64,000 nucleotides of DNA from Lachnospiraceae bacterium (GCA_045578645.1 JAZNKQ010000067.1:8295-72294), one strand, 5' to 3'. Counted from the stretch's first letter, positions 19,592-28,915 are shown. A program made the numbers and translations. The notes: a model not told the origin generated them from the letters alone.

Positions 19592-20020
19592 ATGAAGCTT
19601 GTTATACAAAGAGTAACCGAAGCCTCGGTCAGTGTTGACGGAGAGCTTAAGGGTGAGATTGGTAAGGGTTTGATGGTTCTGCTCGGAGTCGGAAAAGAGG
19701 ATACCGGGGAGACTGTAAGAAAGTATGCGGATAAGTTATTAAAGCTCAGAATCTTTGAGGATGAGAACGGGAAAACCAATCTGTCGCTGGCGGATGTGGG
19801 AGGCGAGCTGCTGATTGTTTCACAGTTTACGCTGTATGCCGACTGCCGTTCAAACAGACCCGGGTTTTCGGGCGCGGGCGCACCGGAGCTTGCAAGACAA
19901 TTGTATGACGAATTTCTTGCATATTGCGAAGGAAAGGCTGCTAAGGTTGCCGGAGGCGTTTTCGGAGCCGATATGAAGGTGGCACTTGTTAATGACGGAC
20001 CGTTTACGATAGTACTATAG
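19592..20020 (+). CDS. dtd: D-aminoacyl-tRNA deacylase
   Basis: MKLVIQRV...VSQFTLYAD...NDGPFT. The ORF terminates at TAG with the expected length of about 142-150 aa. Confidence 0.9.
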   Translation: MKLVIQRVTEASVSVDGELKGEIGKGLMVLLGVGKEDTGETVRKYADKLLKLRIFEDENGKTNLSLADVGGELLIVSQFTLYADCRSNRPGFSGAGAPELARQLYDEFLAYCEGKAAKVAGGVFGADMKVALVNDGPFTIVL

Positions 20021-20098
20021 TTAATAATGCAAAATTCGTGCTGAAGCGTCGCGGATTTGTGCTGTTACAGAAGAGCGTTTCGGAAAGTGAGGCTGAAT

Positions 20099-20356
20099 AT
20101 GTTTGAATACAAAACATCGGGCGTATGCTCGAGCAGAATAAGCTTTGAGATTGAAGAAAAGGACGGAAGACAGATTGTAAAGTCAGTACAGTTTACGGGC
20201 GGATGCAACGGTAATACCAAGGGTGTTGCAAAGCTTGTAGAGGGAATGTATGTTGATGAGGTTATTTCGCGGCTTGAGGGAACAACCTGCGGCTATAAGC
20301 CTACCTCATGTCCGGATCAGCTTGCATGTGCGTTGAAGGAATGGCAGAATCAGTGA
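20099..20356 (+). CDS. TSCPD domain-containing small protein (TIGR03905-like)
   Basis: Contains GGCNGNTKG and TSCPDQLA motifs. An SD (GTGAGG) lies upstream. Confidence 0.75.
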   Translation: MFEYKTSGVCSSRISFEIEEKDGRQIVKSVQFTGGCNGNTKGVAKLVEGMYVDEVISRLEGTTCGYKPTSCPDQLACALKEWQNQ

Positions 20357-20366
20357 GGTTTGGAAA

Positions 20367-21431
20367 ATGAAGAAGATAGTATTAACCGGCGGAGGAACTG
20401 CCGGACATGTGACGCCTAATATTGCGCTTATCGAAAGACTGAAGGAAGAGAATTACGAGATAGAATATATAGGCTCTTATGACGGAATCGAGAAAGGACT
20501 GATAACAAAGGTCGGCATTCCTTATCACGGCATTTCATCGGGAAAGCTGAGAAGATATTTTGATTTAAAGAATTTCTCGGATCCCTTCAAGGTACTTAAG
20601 GGCTATCGTGAGGCTAAGGCCTTACTTAAAACGATAAAGCCGGACATCGTTTTCTCGAAGGGCGGCTTCGTTGCGGTACCGGTTGTTATGGCAGCCAAGA
20701 AGAGAAAAATACCGGTTATTATTCATGAGTCGGATATGACTCCCGGTCTGGCAAATAAGCTCTGTATACCGTCTGCAAGCAAGGTATGCTGTAATTTTGC
20801 GGATACCATGAATTATCTTCCGGAGGGCAAATCGGTGCTTACCGGAACTCCGCTTCGTAAGGAGCTCTTTACCGGAAGCAGATTAAGGGGTCTTGATATT
20901 TGCGGGTTTACTGCAAATAAGCCGGTTATTATGGTAATCGGAGGAAGCTCCGGTGCTGCGGCGATTAATGAGGCTATAAGAAATCTTCTTCCTACCCTTG
21001 TTTTAAATTATCAGGTAATTCATATTTGCGGAAAGGGAAAAGCAGATACGCGCTATGACAATACGGAGGGCTACAGGCAGTTTGAATATGTTAGCTCCGA
21101 TCTGAAGGATATGTTTGCGGCAGCAGATGTTGTGATATCAAGAGCGGGTGCAAATGCTGTCAGTGAAATTCTTGCGCTGAAAAAGCCCAACATACTTATT
21201 CCGTTGTCGGCAGCAGCCAGCAGGGGAGACCAGATTTTAAATGCGGATTCCTTTGAAAGGGCGGGCTACAGCTATGTGCTTCGTGAGGAGGAGCTCACAA
21301 ACGAGACCCTGCTTGCGGCTATAAGCCGGGTTCTTGAGGGGAAAAACGATTATATCGAGGCAATGGGAAAGGCCCCTCAGAGTGATGCTACCGAGACAAT
21401 ATATAAGCTGATTTCCGAAATTGTTGACTGA
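20367..21431 (+). CDS. murG: UDP-N-acetylglucosamine--N-acetylmuramyl-(pentapeptide) pyrophosphoryl-undecaprenol N-acetylglucosamine transferase
   Basis: LTGGGTAGHVTPNIAL... and the GT28 architecture. Confidence 0.9.
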   Translation: MKKIVLTGGGTAGHVTPNIALIERLKEENYEIEYIGSYDGIEKGLITKVGIPYHGISSGKLRRYFDLKNFSDPFKVLKGYREAKALLKTIKPDIVFSKGGFVAVPVVMAAKKRKIPVIIHESDMTPGLANKLCIPSASKVCCNFADTMNYLPEGKSVLTGTPLRKELFTGSRLRGLDICGFTANKPVIMVIGGSSGAAAINEAIRNLLPTLVLNYQVIHICGKGKADTRYDNTEGYRQFEYVSSDLKDMFAAADVVISRAGANAVSEILALKKPNILIPLSAAASRGDQILNADSFERAGYSYVLREEELTNETLLAAISRVLEGKNDYIEAMGKAPQSDATETIYKLISEIVD

Positions 21432-21473
21432 TGTTACCGAAGCAATCGTAAAATGTAAGGCGGAGAGATAACA

Positions 21474-21995
21474 ATGGATTTTGAAAAAATTATCGATGAA
21501 CGATATTCTGTAAGAAGCTTTAGGCCTGAGCATCTGCCGCAGGCGGTTATTAACAAAATTCTTGAGGCGGGACACAAAGCTCCGACCGGCTGTAATTATC
21601 AGCCGCAAAGAATCCTTATTCTTAATACCGATGAAGCAGTTGCCAAGCTTAAGGATTGTACTAAGTGTCATTTTAATGCACCGACGGCAATGCTTGTTTG
21701 TCATAATAAGGGTGAAAGCTGGGTAAGAAAATATGACGGCGCCCTTTCTTCTCCGGTGGATGCCGTCATTGTTACAACCTATATGATGCTTGCAGCGCAA
21801 AATGAAGGTGTCGGCACCTGCTGGGTAATGCATTTTGACCCTGCTGCAATGTGTGAAGCTTTTAATATCCCTGATAGTGTTGAGCCGATTGCTTTGCTCG
21901 TGATGGGCTATCCTGCGGATGATGCGAAGCCGATAGACCTTCACTTCAGGTTTAGACCAATAGAAGAAACAACTACCTACGAAAATTTTAAGTAA
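21474..21995 (+). CDS. nitroreductase family protein
   Basis: RYSVRSF...APTGCNYQPQR are nitroreductase fold motifs. Confidence 0.8.
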   Translation: MDFEKIIDERYSVRSFRPEHLPQAVINKILEAGHKAPTGCNYQPQRILILNTDEAVAKLKDCTKCHFNAPTAMLVCHNKGESWVRKYDGALSSPVDAVIVTTYMMLAAQNEGVGTCWVMHFDPAAMCEAFNIPDSVEPIALLVMGYPADDAKPIDLHFRFRPIEETTTYENFK

Positions 21996-22010
21996 ATAGA
22001 GAAAAACAAT

Positions 22011-22042
22011 GGCGGCAGAGAGCTTTGAACCTTTCTGCCGCC
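22011..22042. terminator. bidirectional intrinsic terminator
   Basis: GGCGGCAGA / TCTGCCGCC stem between convergent genes. Confidence 0.6.
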
Positions 22043-22051
22043 GTTCTTATT

Positions 22052-22555
22052 TTATTTCTTTTTCTTTGATTTCTTAGCTGTTTCCTCGGTTTTGTTCTTT
22101 GAAGAAAGGCTTGCAGCCTTGTCGCGAAGCTTCTGTGTGAAGGTTTTCTTTGCGGGAGGAGTATCAAGACCGCCTCTTGCGCTTTTAGCTTCGATTATGT
22201 AGATGCCGTTCATGAGCACCTTAACCTCTCTTTTCTCGGGGATAAGAGGGAATGCCTTGTCATCACACATAAGTGAGGCTACCTTAGGACCAATCTTAGC
22301 CTTAACTACCGGAACCTTGGCACGGCGAAGATACTTGGGAGTCTGGTCGATAACAACCTGCGGAAAGCCTGCTTCTGTCAATTTAACGCGCTTCTTTTCT
22401 ATAACAAGCATTGAAACAAGCTGTGCACCCTGACGAATCTGTTCATTTGATGCTTCCTGTTTCTTCTGCATTTTGCGTCCAACGATAGCAAGAACGATAA
22501 AACCTACAACTAAAATACCGAGAATAACAAAAAAAACTATCCAACCTGTTGGCAT
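22052..22555 (-). CDS. hypothetical N-terminally anchored protein with a Lys-rich tail
   Basis: 167-aa ORF with one TM helix and a C-terminal KKSKKKK. No family recognised. Confidence 0.4.
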   Translation of the reverse strand: MPTGWIVFFVILGILVVGFIVLAIVGRKMQKKQEASNEQIRQGAQLVSMLVIEKKRVKLTEAGFPQVVIDQTPKYLRRAKVPVVKAKIGPKVASLMCDDKAFPLIPEKREVKVLMNGIYIIEAKSARGGLDTPPAKKTFTQKLRDKAASLSSKNKTEETAKKSKKKK

Positions 22556-22659
22556 AAGTTCCTCCTTTATTAATAAATTGGCATGCGTTCAGGTATTAAT
22601 AAAAGATGAACGCGCGGATTATTGTATCATTAATGGGCATAAAAATAAAGTATAAAATG

Positions 22660-23391
22660 CTAATTAATTAATTTTTTATCCTCTTCGAGCATTAATTCGA
22701 TTTCATGACGCACTCTCGAGCCGAGAGTTTTTCTTTCCTCGCGCGGCATGTCGGCAACATTTATGGGTGTGCCGTAGTGAATCACGATTTTTGCCTTACG
22801 AACCCAGGGTCTGTGAAGCTCGTACAGGGCATCCGAATTGGTTATTGCTACCGGAATGACCGGACATCCTGTCTTTTCGGCTATTTTAAAGGAGCCTTCC
22901 TTGAATGTAAGCAGCTCGTCCGAATGGTTCCTTGTTCCCTCGGGCATTACAAAAATCGAATAGCCCTCATTTACGATATCAACTGCTTTAAGTATGGTTT
23001 TAAGGCTCTGCTTTATATCGTTGCGGTCAAGGAAAAGGCAGTTCATATTGCTCATCCACCAGCTGAGACCGGGAACCTTTTTAATTTCCTTTTTCGCAAT
23101 AAAGCCCGTAAGGTTGGGAACCGTAGTATAGCCCATGGGAATATCCGCATAGCTGCGGTGGTTTGAGGTGTAAAGCACGGCTCTGTCAGCGGGAATATTC
23201 TCAGCACCGATAACCGTCATTTTGCCTCCGGCAACAAAGAGGATAATTTTGAATATCCATGAAACAATTTTCTGTGACGCGGATGCCATTGCATGTCTGT
23301 TAAAAAGACCAACCAGACGTATGACAAGGAATACCGGTAATGATAAAACTAAAAAAAGAAAAATTACTAAAAGAACTAAAAAAGTACGCAT
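22660..23391 (-). CDS. plsC: 1-acyl-sn-glycerol-3-phosphate acyltransferase
   Basis: NHRSYADI (HX4D) and PEGTR motifs. Confidence 0.85.
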   Translation of the reverse strand: MRTFLVLLVIFLFLVLSLPVFLVIRLVGLFNRHAMASASQKIVSWIFKIILFVAGGKMTVIGAENIPADRAVLYTSNHRSYADIPMGYTTVPNLTGFIAKKEIKKVPGLSWWMSNMNCLFLDRNDIKQSLKTILKAVDIVNEGYSIFVMPEGTRNHSDELLTFKEGSFKIAEKTGCPVIPVAITNSDALYELHRPWVRKAKIVIHYGTPINVADMPREERKTLGSRVRHEIELMLEEDKKLIN

Positions 23392-23476
23392 GATTTCCTC
23401 CGACCCTTTGTGTTATCCGTTCATTATATTTTATCACAAATTTAGCTAATAATCTATGAAAAAGGTATAAACTTTA

Positions 23477-24154
23477 TCAAATGCAGGGGAGATATAGTGT
23501 AAACGTGGTTTTATTCTCCTGCGGGCTGACGGTAATAAAGCCCTTGTGCGATTTTGCAATGCGGTCGCAGATAAAAAGACCTTTTCCGCTGCCGTTTTCC
23601 TTAGTTGTGAAATTTTCCGTAAAAAGCAGAGGAATATCCTCTTCGGCGATTACGGCACCTGTGTTTGTAACCGAAACCGTATAGTAAATGCGCTGATGCT
23701 TTTGCTGCCTGCCGATGCAGACAAGTATTTCCGTATTTTTATCGGAGGCCTCAAGCGCGTTTTTCAGAAGATTTATCAGAAGCCTGTGTATTGAATCACG
23801 GTCATAGCTGCAAATGGCATCCGTTGCCGAAGCGGTATCGTCAGTATGTATTGAAAGAGAAACCGAGGAGGCCGCGGCCGTCGGTCTGAAGGTCTCAGCA
23901 ATTTCGCGAACCAGCTCCGTGGGATTGCCGGGCTTAAGCTTAAGTGTTCCCTTGCCGCTGTCAGAGAGTATCAGAGTCAGCTTCTCAAGTGCCGAAATGT
24001 CTTCGAAAACATATTTCCAATGCTTTGAGCCTGCAATCTCGGGATAGTTCTGCTCCGTAAGCTGCAGGGAGCCTTTAATCAGTGTCAGGATATTTCTCAT
24101 TTCATGGCTGAGTCTGCGTCTGCCTTCGGGTCCGTTATAATTTTCCGTATTCAC
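23477..24154 (-). CDS. cytoplasmic histidine kinase core with no sensor domain (HisKA plus HATPase_c only)
   Basis: H-box SHEMRNILT and a G-box region (NGSGKGL). It is 225 aa with no TM segment and no adjacent response regulator. Confidence 0.7.
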   Translation of the reverse strand: MNTENYNGPEGRRRLSHEMRNILTLIKGSLQLTEQNYPEIAGSKHWKYVFEDISALEKLTLILSDSGKGTLKLKPGNPTELVREIAETFRPTAAASSVSLSIHTDDTASATDAICSYDRDSIHRLLINLLKNALEASDKNTEILVCIGRQQKHQRIYYTVSVTNTGAVIAEEDIPLLFTENFTTKENGSGKGLFICDRIAKSHKGFITVSPQENKTTFTLYLPCI

Positions 24155-24301
24155 ATCTGCCTCCTGATTTGTTTCCTTTTATATTATTCTACGCAGGCTG
24201 CTATTTCAACCTGTTCATGATAAAAATCTTGCTAAGCAATTGAAGTTGAGATAAAATGACCGTAAATAAAGCTAAAGCTTTGCTTTGGAATGGAGGTAAG
24301 A

Positions 24302-24715
24302 ATGGAGAATTGCATTTTTTGTAAAATAGCCGGCGGCGAGATTCCTTCGGCAACAGTATATGAGGATGAGGATTTCAGGGCAGTGCTTGATATTGCTCCC
24401 GCAGCGAAAGGACATGTTCTTATTATTCCGAAGGAGCATATGACAAATCTGCTGGATATCAGTGAAAATGCAGCGGCAAAGGCATTTGCGCTTGCAAGCC
24501 GGATTGCGGCTGCCCAAAAGAAGGTGCTTGGCTGTGACGGCATTAATCTGCTTCAGAACAGCGGTGAGGCTGCGTGGCAGTCTGTTTTTCATCTTCATAT
24601 TCATCTTATTCCGCGATACAAGGATGACAATGTTATGATGCCGTGGAAGACTCTTTCCTATGAAGAAGGAGAAGCAGCTGAGCTTGCCGGAAAGCTTGGC
24701 GCAGCGATTGCCTGA
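24302..24715 (+). CDS. HIT family (histidine triad) protein
   Basis: CIFCKI... and HLHIHLIP. GGAGG lies 5 nt upstream. Confidence 0.85.
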   Translation: MENCIFCKIAGGEIPSATVYEDEDFRAVLDIAPAAKGHVLIIPKEHMTNLLDISENAAAKAFALASRIAAAQKKVLGCDGINLLQNSGEAAWQSVFHLHIHLIPRYKDDNVMMPWKTLSYEEGEAAELAGKLGAAIA

Positions 24716-24720
24716 CGGCT

Positions 24721-25182
24721 TCAGACAGCAGCGGGTCTCGGACGCGATGCTTCCGGAAGAGCTTCGACGCGGATGCTGAGACTGCATTCGCTTAGCGGCT
24801 CATAATTAACGCTGAGATTATATTTTAAAGAGAGGAGAATCAGGTTCTCCTCTTCTTTTATTTCATATGAGGTAGTATATACATTTACAAACATTTCTCC
24901 GAAGCCGAAGTTGTAGCAGGAACCGGAATTGCGCTCCGGATAATACTGCATGGAGACATTTATGCCACCCTTCTTTGACAGCTCCATCCCCTCAGGAGTT
25001 ATTTTCATAAGGCATTTTGCGGTTATGGGTGTGGAATTGGCCTCACCGTAAAACTCTTCATAGCGCAGATAGTGCTTTCCGTCGCGAATGGCATACTGAC
25101 CGACTGTTACGGTCTCAATCGGCTCTGTATCGTCAACGCCTAAATGAAGTCCTGAAATGGTTATCTTAACATCCTTTGTCAT
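24721..25182 (-). CDS. DUF1934-like beta-barrel protein
   Basis: The size and N-terminal pattern (MTKDVKITISG...YLRYEE) are recalled from the DUF1934 family. It sits next to murI. Confidence 0.55.
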   Translation of the reverse strand: MTKDVKITISGLHLGVDDTEPIETVTVGQYAIRDGKHYLRYEEFYGEANSTPITAKCLMKITPEGMELSKKGGINVSMQYYPERNSGSCYNFGFGEMFVNVYTTSYEIKEEENLILLSLKYNLSVNYEPLSECSLSIRVEALPEASRPRPAAV

Positions 25183-25193
25183 AAATACCCCTG

Positions 25194-26006
25194 TTATTCA
25201 AAAGTTTTTACCGTGACGGCATTTTCGTCAAGTATCTCGAAGCCCATGATGGAATTTGCGAAGCTCCTGAACTTGTCAACGCTGTCACTGACATAAAAGC
25301 TGTGCGGAGCATGCTTTTGCGAGGAACAGAGGAGTCCGCGTTCTTCAAGAAGCTGCTTGAATGCCTTTGCGGATTCGTATGCAGGATTTACAAGAGTAAT
25401 GCCGTTTCCTACGGCAGCCTGTATACGCTCGCGCAGAAGCGGATAATGTGTACAGCCGAGAACAAGGGCATCTATGTTCTTCTCCACGAGACCGTCAAGA
25501 TATCTGTGTATGACAATATCGGTAACTTCATCATCAATCCAGCCCTCTTCAACCAGCGGAACAAAGAGAGGACAGGGCTGCTTAAATATTTCTATGCCGG
25601 GATTTGTCTTTTTCAGATAGCTTTCGTAAATACCGCTGCTTATTGTGGCACGGGTGGCAATAACACCGATTTTGCCGTTTTGTGTTGCGGCAGCTGCGGC
25701 GCATGCACCGGGCTCGACAACACCTGCTACGGGAATGTCAAGCTCCCTTTGCAAAGCCTCAAGCGCAATCGCACTGGCAGTATTGCATGCAATGAGAATG
25801 GCCTTTACGCCCTTTGACTGCAGAAATTTAGCTATCTGCAGGGAGTACCCGAGTATGGTCTCGGGAGATTTGTTTCCGTAGGGTACACGTGCGGTATCTC
25901 CGTAATAAATAATCTGCTCCGACGGAAGCTGGGAGATGAGCTCTCTGACTACTGTCATGCCTCCGATACCGGAATCAAAAACCCCAATAGGTGCATTTGA
26001 ATTCAT
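25194..26006 (-). CDS. murI: glutamate racemase
   Basis: IGVFDSGIGG...ACNTAS...GCTHYP. Confidence 0.9.
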   Translation of the reverse strand: MNSNAPIGVFDSGIGGMTVVRELISQLPSEQIIYYGDTARVPYGNKSPETILGYSLQIAKFLQSKGVKAILIACNTASAIALEALQRELDIPVAGVVEPGACAAAAATQNGKIGVIATRATISSGIYESYLKKTNPGIEIFKQPCPLFVPLVEEGWIDDEVTDIVIHRYLDGLVEKNIDALVLGCTHYPLLRERIQAAVGNGITLVNPAYESAKAFKQLLEERGLLCSSQKHAPHSFYVSDSVDKFRSFANSIMGFEILDENAVTVKTFE

Positions 26007-26142
26007 AAAATTCCTCTCTCCGATTTATAAGACTGTGTAATACGCTCTCGTAAAATTTATGCCGTATTGCCGGACATATATGCAGACAAAAGGAAGCAAT
26101 ATGTCCCGGTAACTGTTAATACTTGCGTAATTATACCTTTAC

Positions 26143-26178
26143 TGCATGAATAAAGCAAGATAAACGGGGGAATAAATT
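26143..26178 (+). promoter_or_regulatory. candidate forespore sigma-F-type promoter for spoIIR
   Basis: TGCATG followed by GGGGGAATAAATT resembles the sigma-F GCATR / GGnnAnAHTR pattern as I recall it. I am unsure about the spacing. Confidence 0.3.
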
Positions 26179-26209
26179 AGATATCTCTTAATGAATCGGG
26201 AGGAGAATA

Positions 26210-26848
26210 TTGAAGAATTACAGTCTTACATATATTATCTGCTGCAGTCTGCTCATTTACGCATTTTATTCGGGTGTAATCGGATTTGTAAAGGAGCTCG
26301 GAAGTCCGCCGGTATATCAGAAGGTTGCGGGTGAAATTATCAGGCTGCATGTTATTGCAAACAGTGATGAAGAAGAGGATCAAGAGGTTAAGCTCCGTGT
26401 AAGGGATGCCGTAAATGCCTACCTTTCGCAATATCTGCAGGAGGTTTATACAAAGGAGGAGGCCTTTGAAATAATAGAGTCGAGGCTGGATGAAATTAAA
26501 GCGGTTGCCGACGGGGTTCTTAAATGCTGCGGCATGAGCTACGGGAGCAGATGTCTTATGGAGGAAAGAAACTTTCCCGTCAAAACCTATGGGGATATGA
26601 CCTTTCCCGAGGGAAGCTATGATGCGCTGTGCGTGGAGCTTGGTGATGCTAAAGGGGCAAACTGGTGGTGCCTTGTGTTTCCGGGGCTCTGTTTCTATGA
26701 AAACGAAGAAGGGCATGTTCCGGAGGAGGCGAAGAAAAAGCTTGCCGGGATGCTTGATGAGGAGACCTACAATTCGCTGTTTGAGGAGAAAAAGACGGTA
26801 GAATGGCGTTTCTTCTTATGGGATTTTTTGGTGTCTTTATTTGACTGA
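26210..26848 (+). CDS. spoIIR: stage II sporulation protein R
   Basis: Contains IRLHVIANSDEEEDQEVKLRVRDAV, the SpoIIR signature. TTG start after GGAGGAG. Confidence 0.8.
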   Translation: MKNYSLTYIICCSLLIYAFYSGVIGFVKELGSPPVYQKVAGEIIRLHVIANSDEEEDQEVKLRVRDAVNAYLSQYLQEVYTKEEAFEIIESRLDEIKAVADGVLKCCGMSYGSRCLMEERNFPVKTYGDMTFPEGSYDALCVELGDAKGANWWCLVFPGLCFYENEEGHVPEEAKKKLAGMLDEETYNSLFEEKKTVEWRFFLWDFLVSLFD

Positions 26849-26868
26849 GCAATAAAATAAATTAATAC

Positions 26869-26898
26869 TTGCATTCCTTAGGGGGGCTGTGCTATAAT
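26869..26898 (+). promoter_or_regulatory. sigma-A promoter for tRNA-Leu(CAG)
   Basis: TTGCAT, an 18-nt spacer, then TGcTATAAT (extended -10). Confidence 0.5.
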
Positions 26899-26926
26899 TT
26901 CTTGGCAGCAGTTTAAAGATGCATTT

Positions 26927-27009
26927 GCGGAAATGGCGGAATGGCAGACGCGCACGGTTCAGGTCCGTGTGATAGCAATATCATGAGGGTTCAAGTCCCT
27001 TTTTCCGCA
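26927..27009 (+). tRNA. tRNA-Leu (anticodon CAG), class II with a long variable arm; no encoded CCA
   Basis: Manual fold: acceptor GCGGAAA/TTTCCGC, anticodon stem CACGG/CCGTG, loop TTCAGGT, T-arm GAGGG TTCAAGT CCCTT. Confidence 0.9.
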
Positions 27010-27016
27010 TCCTGAC

Positions 27017-27049
27017 CGGCAGTTGATGTGACCATCAGCTGCCGTTTTT
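27017..27049 (+). terminator. intrinsic terminator after tRNA-Leu(CAG)
   Basis: CGGCAGTTGATG / CATCAGCTGCCG stem followed by TTTTT. Confidence 0.8.
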
Positions 27050-27176
27050 GGTTATGTAAGGGTGGCTGCAACCATACGTGCAGCTAAAGCTTTGGCAGAT
27101 TTATGCCGATATATATTTAAAGTATGCATTTTAGAGTATGAGCGGTGTTGAAACCATAATAATACGGAGGTTGGGC

Positions 27177-28679
27177 ATGATGAAAAAGTCGGACAAAAAA
27201 TCAATTGCATGGATAATCGGTATAATTGCTTTCGCTTTTATTGTCCTTTCCGGCGGTCTTTGCAGAGCGGCCGTGCCGGTGTCGGCAGCAACCGTGACAC
27301 CTACGCCTACTCCGGTTCCGGAAAAATATCTGGTAGCAGTCAGCGCGTATTATACGGGAGGTGCCGTAATTGTCGGCGAGAAGATAGATACCGGCAAAAT
27401 TGTTGCATATGCATATTATTCTGACGGAACCTATGTTAAGGTAACGGATTATACAATATCCGATAAGGTTGTAAGCAAATCGGGCGTAAACAAAATGGCG
27501 CTTGTCTATAAAGGATATACGGCGACCTTTAATGTAACCGGTAAGGCAATGGTCAGGATAACCGCTACGCTGAGCAGGACAAAATACAGTGTCGGCAATA
27601 TGATTTCTCCTAAGGAGATAACGGTTAAGGCTGTTTATGCCGATAATACTACCTCAATAATAAGCGAAGGCTACGGCTTTTCCATAGACGAGTTTACTGT
27701 TCCGGGTACCCAGAAGGTTACTATTGACTACAGGGACTTTGAGACCAGCGTTACCGTTAATGTTTCCGCGGCAAAGGCAATTACAAATCTGACAGTCTAT
27801 TATTCCGGCGGAACTCTTATCACCGATGAGGAAATAGACAGAAATAAGCTTACCGTCACAGCAATTTATGCGGACAGAAGCTCAGAGCGGATAAATACCT
27901 ACAAGCTTGCGACCACATCGTTTGATAAAACGGGAACCCAGACAATAACAGTCAGCTACAGGGGGATGAAGGCAACCGTCTCGGTCAATGTTCTTGAACG
28001 CCGGGCGCTTTCGATGCGTGCCGAATATAAGGGTGAGGATATTGTAGTCGGCAAGGAGTTTAATCCAAAGGACCTGCGCGTTTATGTAATGTTCAATAAC
28101 CATAAGGAAGAGCAGGTTGAGGACTTTACGGTTTATTCAAGAAAAATCAAATATGTCGGTGCAAATACGGTAAGAGTGTATTATGATGCACTTTCTGCAA
28201 CGGTGCTGATAACCGGTACTGAGGTTATGGAGCCGAATTTTGATTATGTTTCGGTATTCAATATTACAAACGGCAGCAGCAAGGGCACCGTAACTACGGC
28301 TATCCCCTCATACCTGCCTGAGGATGCGGTTACAGGACGGTCGTTGAAGCTCAGTGTTCTGGAAAAGGTATATAATAAGCTTGAAATCGAAGACGGTGAA
28401 TACATAGGCTTTACCTATGGCTTTACGGAAGAGGATTACGAGCTTGAGCTGCCGCTGACAATCAGGATAAAGCTGCCGCGACACTTCGATGTCGAATATA
28501 CGGAGCTTTACTATACTCCCAACAGGAAAACGATTGTCGGTAAGATGAACAAGGAAATAGTTGATGATAATATTATGGAGGTCATGATCTTCAAAACCGG
28601 TACATACATGCTTGTCTATGCTCCGTACAGTGAGGACGAGGAGCTTGAAGCAGAGGAAGAAGACGAGTATCTTGATTAG
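27177..28679 (+). CDS. secreted or anchored protein with about four tandem bacterial Ig-like domains and an acidic C-terminus
   Basis: Signal/TM segment IAWIIGIIAFAFIVL. The repeated pattern is ...Y.DG/N......Y......GTQ.VT..Y.G..A...V.V. GGAGG lies 6 nt upstream of the ATG at 27177. Confidence 0.7.
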   Translation: MMKKSDKKSIAWIIGIIAFAFIVLSGGLCRAAVPVSAATVTPTPTPVPEKYLVAVSAYYTGGAVIVGEKIDTGKIVAYAYYSDGTYVKVTDYTISDKVVSKSGVNKMALVYKGYTATFNVTGKAMVRITATLSRTKYSVGNMISPKEITVKAVYADNTTSIISEGYGFSIDEFTVPGTQKVTIDYRDFETSVTVNVSAAKAITNLTVYYSGGTLITDEEIDRNKLTVTAIYADRSSERINTYKLATTSFDKTGTQTITVSYRGMKATVSVNVLERRALSMRAEYKGEDIVVGKEFNPKDLRVYVMFNNHKEEQVEDFTVYSRKIKYVGANTVRVYYDALSATVLITGTEVMEPNFDYVSVFNITNGSSKGTVTTAIPSYLPEDAVTGRSLKLSVLEKVYNKLEIEDGEYIGFTYGFTEEDYELELPLTIRIKLPRHFDVEYTELYYTPNRKTIVGKMNKEIVDDNIMEVMIFKTGTYMLVYAPYSEDEELEAEEEDEYLD

Positions 28680-28726
28680 CGCGGATAAGGTTATTTCGGA
28701 ATCGAAAAAATATTTTAAAAATGTTG

Positions 28727-28755
28727 TTGACATTTTCGATATTCGATGCTATTAT
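28727..28755 (+). promoter_or_regulatory. sigma-A promoter for tRNA-Leu(AAG)
   Basis: TTGACA, a 17-nt spacer, then TATTAT (overlapping TATAAT). Confidence 0.5.
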
Positions 28756-28801
28756 AATCTAGCGCGTTGACGAAAGGCATTGCCTGAGGAAAGCGAGGCA
28801 T

Positions 28802-28883
28802 GCGGAGTTGCTGGAATTGGCAGACAGGCATGACTAAGGATCATGTGTCAATAGACGTGAGAGTTCAAGTCTCTTACTCCGCA
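28802..28883 (+). tRNA. tRNA-Leu with anticodon AAG (A34), class II; no encoded CCA
   Basis: Manual fold: acceptor GCGGAGT/ACTCCGC, anticodon stem CATGA/TCATG, loop C-T-AAG-G-A (U33 and G37 in place), T-arm GAGAG TTCAAGT CTCTT. Confidence 0.85.
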
Positions 28884-28888
28884 TTGTT

Positions 28889-28915
28889 AAAGCCCTGATT
28901 ATTCAGGGCTTTTTT
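28889..28915 (+). terminator. intrinsic terminator after tRNA-Leu(AAG)
   Basis: AAGCCCTGA / TCAGGGCTT stem followed by TTTT. Confidence 0.8.

Noticed and set aside
21237-21944. A 235-aa ORF on the minus strand.
   Set aside because: It is entirely antisense to the well-supported murG 3' end and the nitroreductase gene, and its composition (Cys/Arg/Ile-rich) is typical of a shadow frame.
26177-26716. A 179-aa minus-strand ORF.
   Set aside because: It is antisense to spoIIR, which carries a clear family signature.
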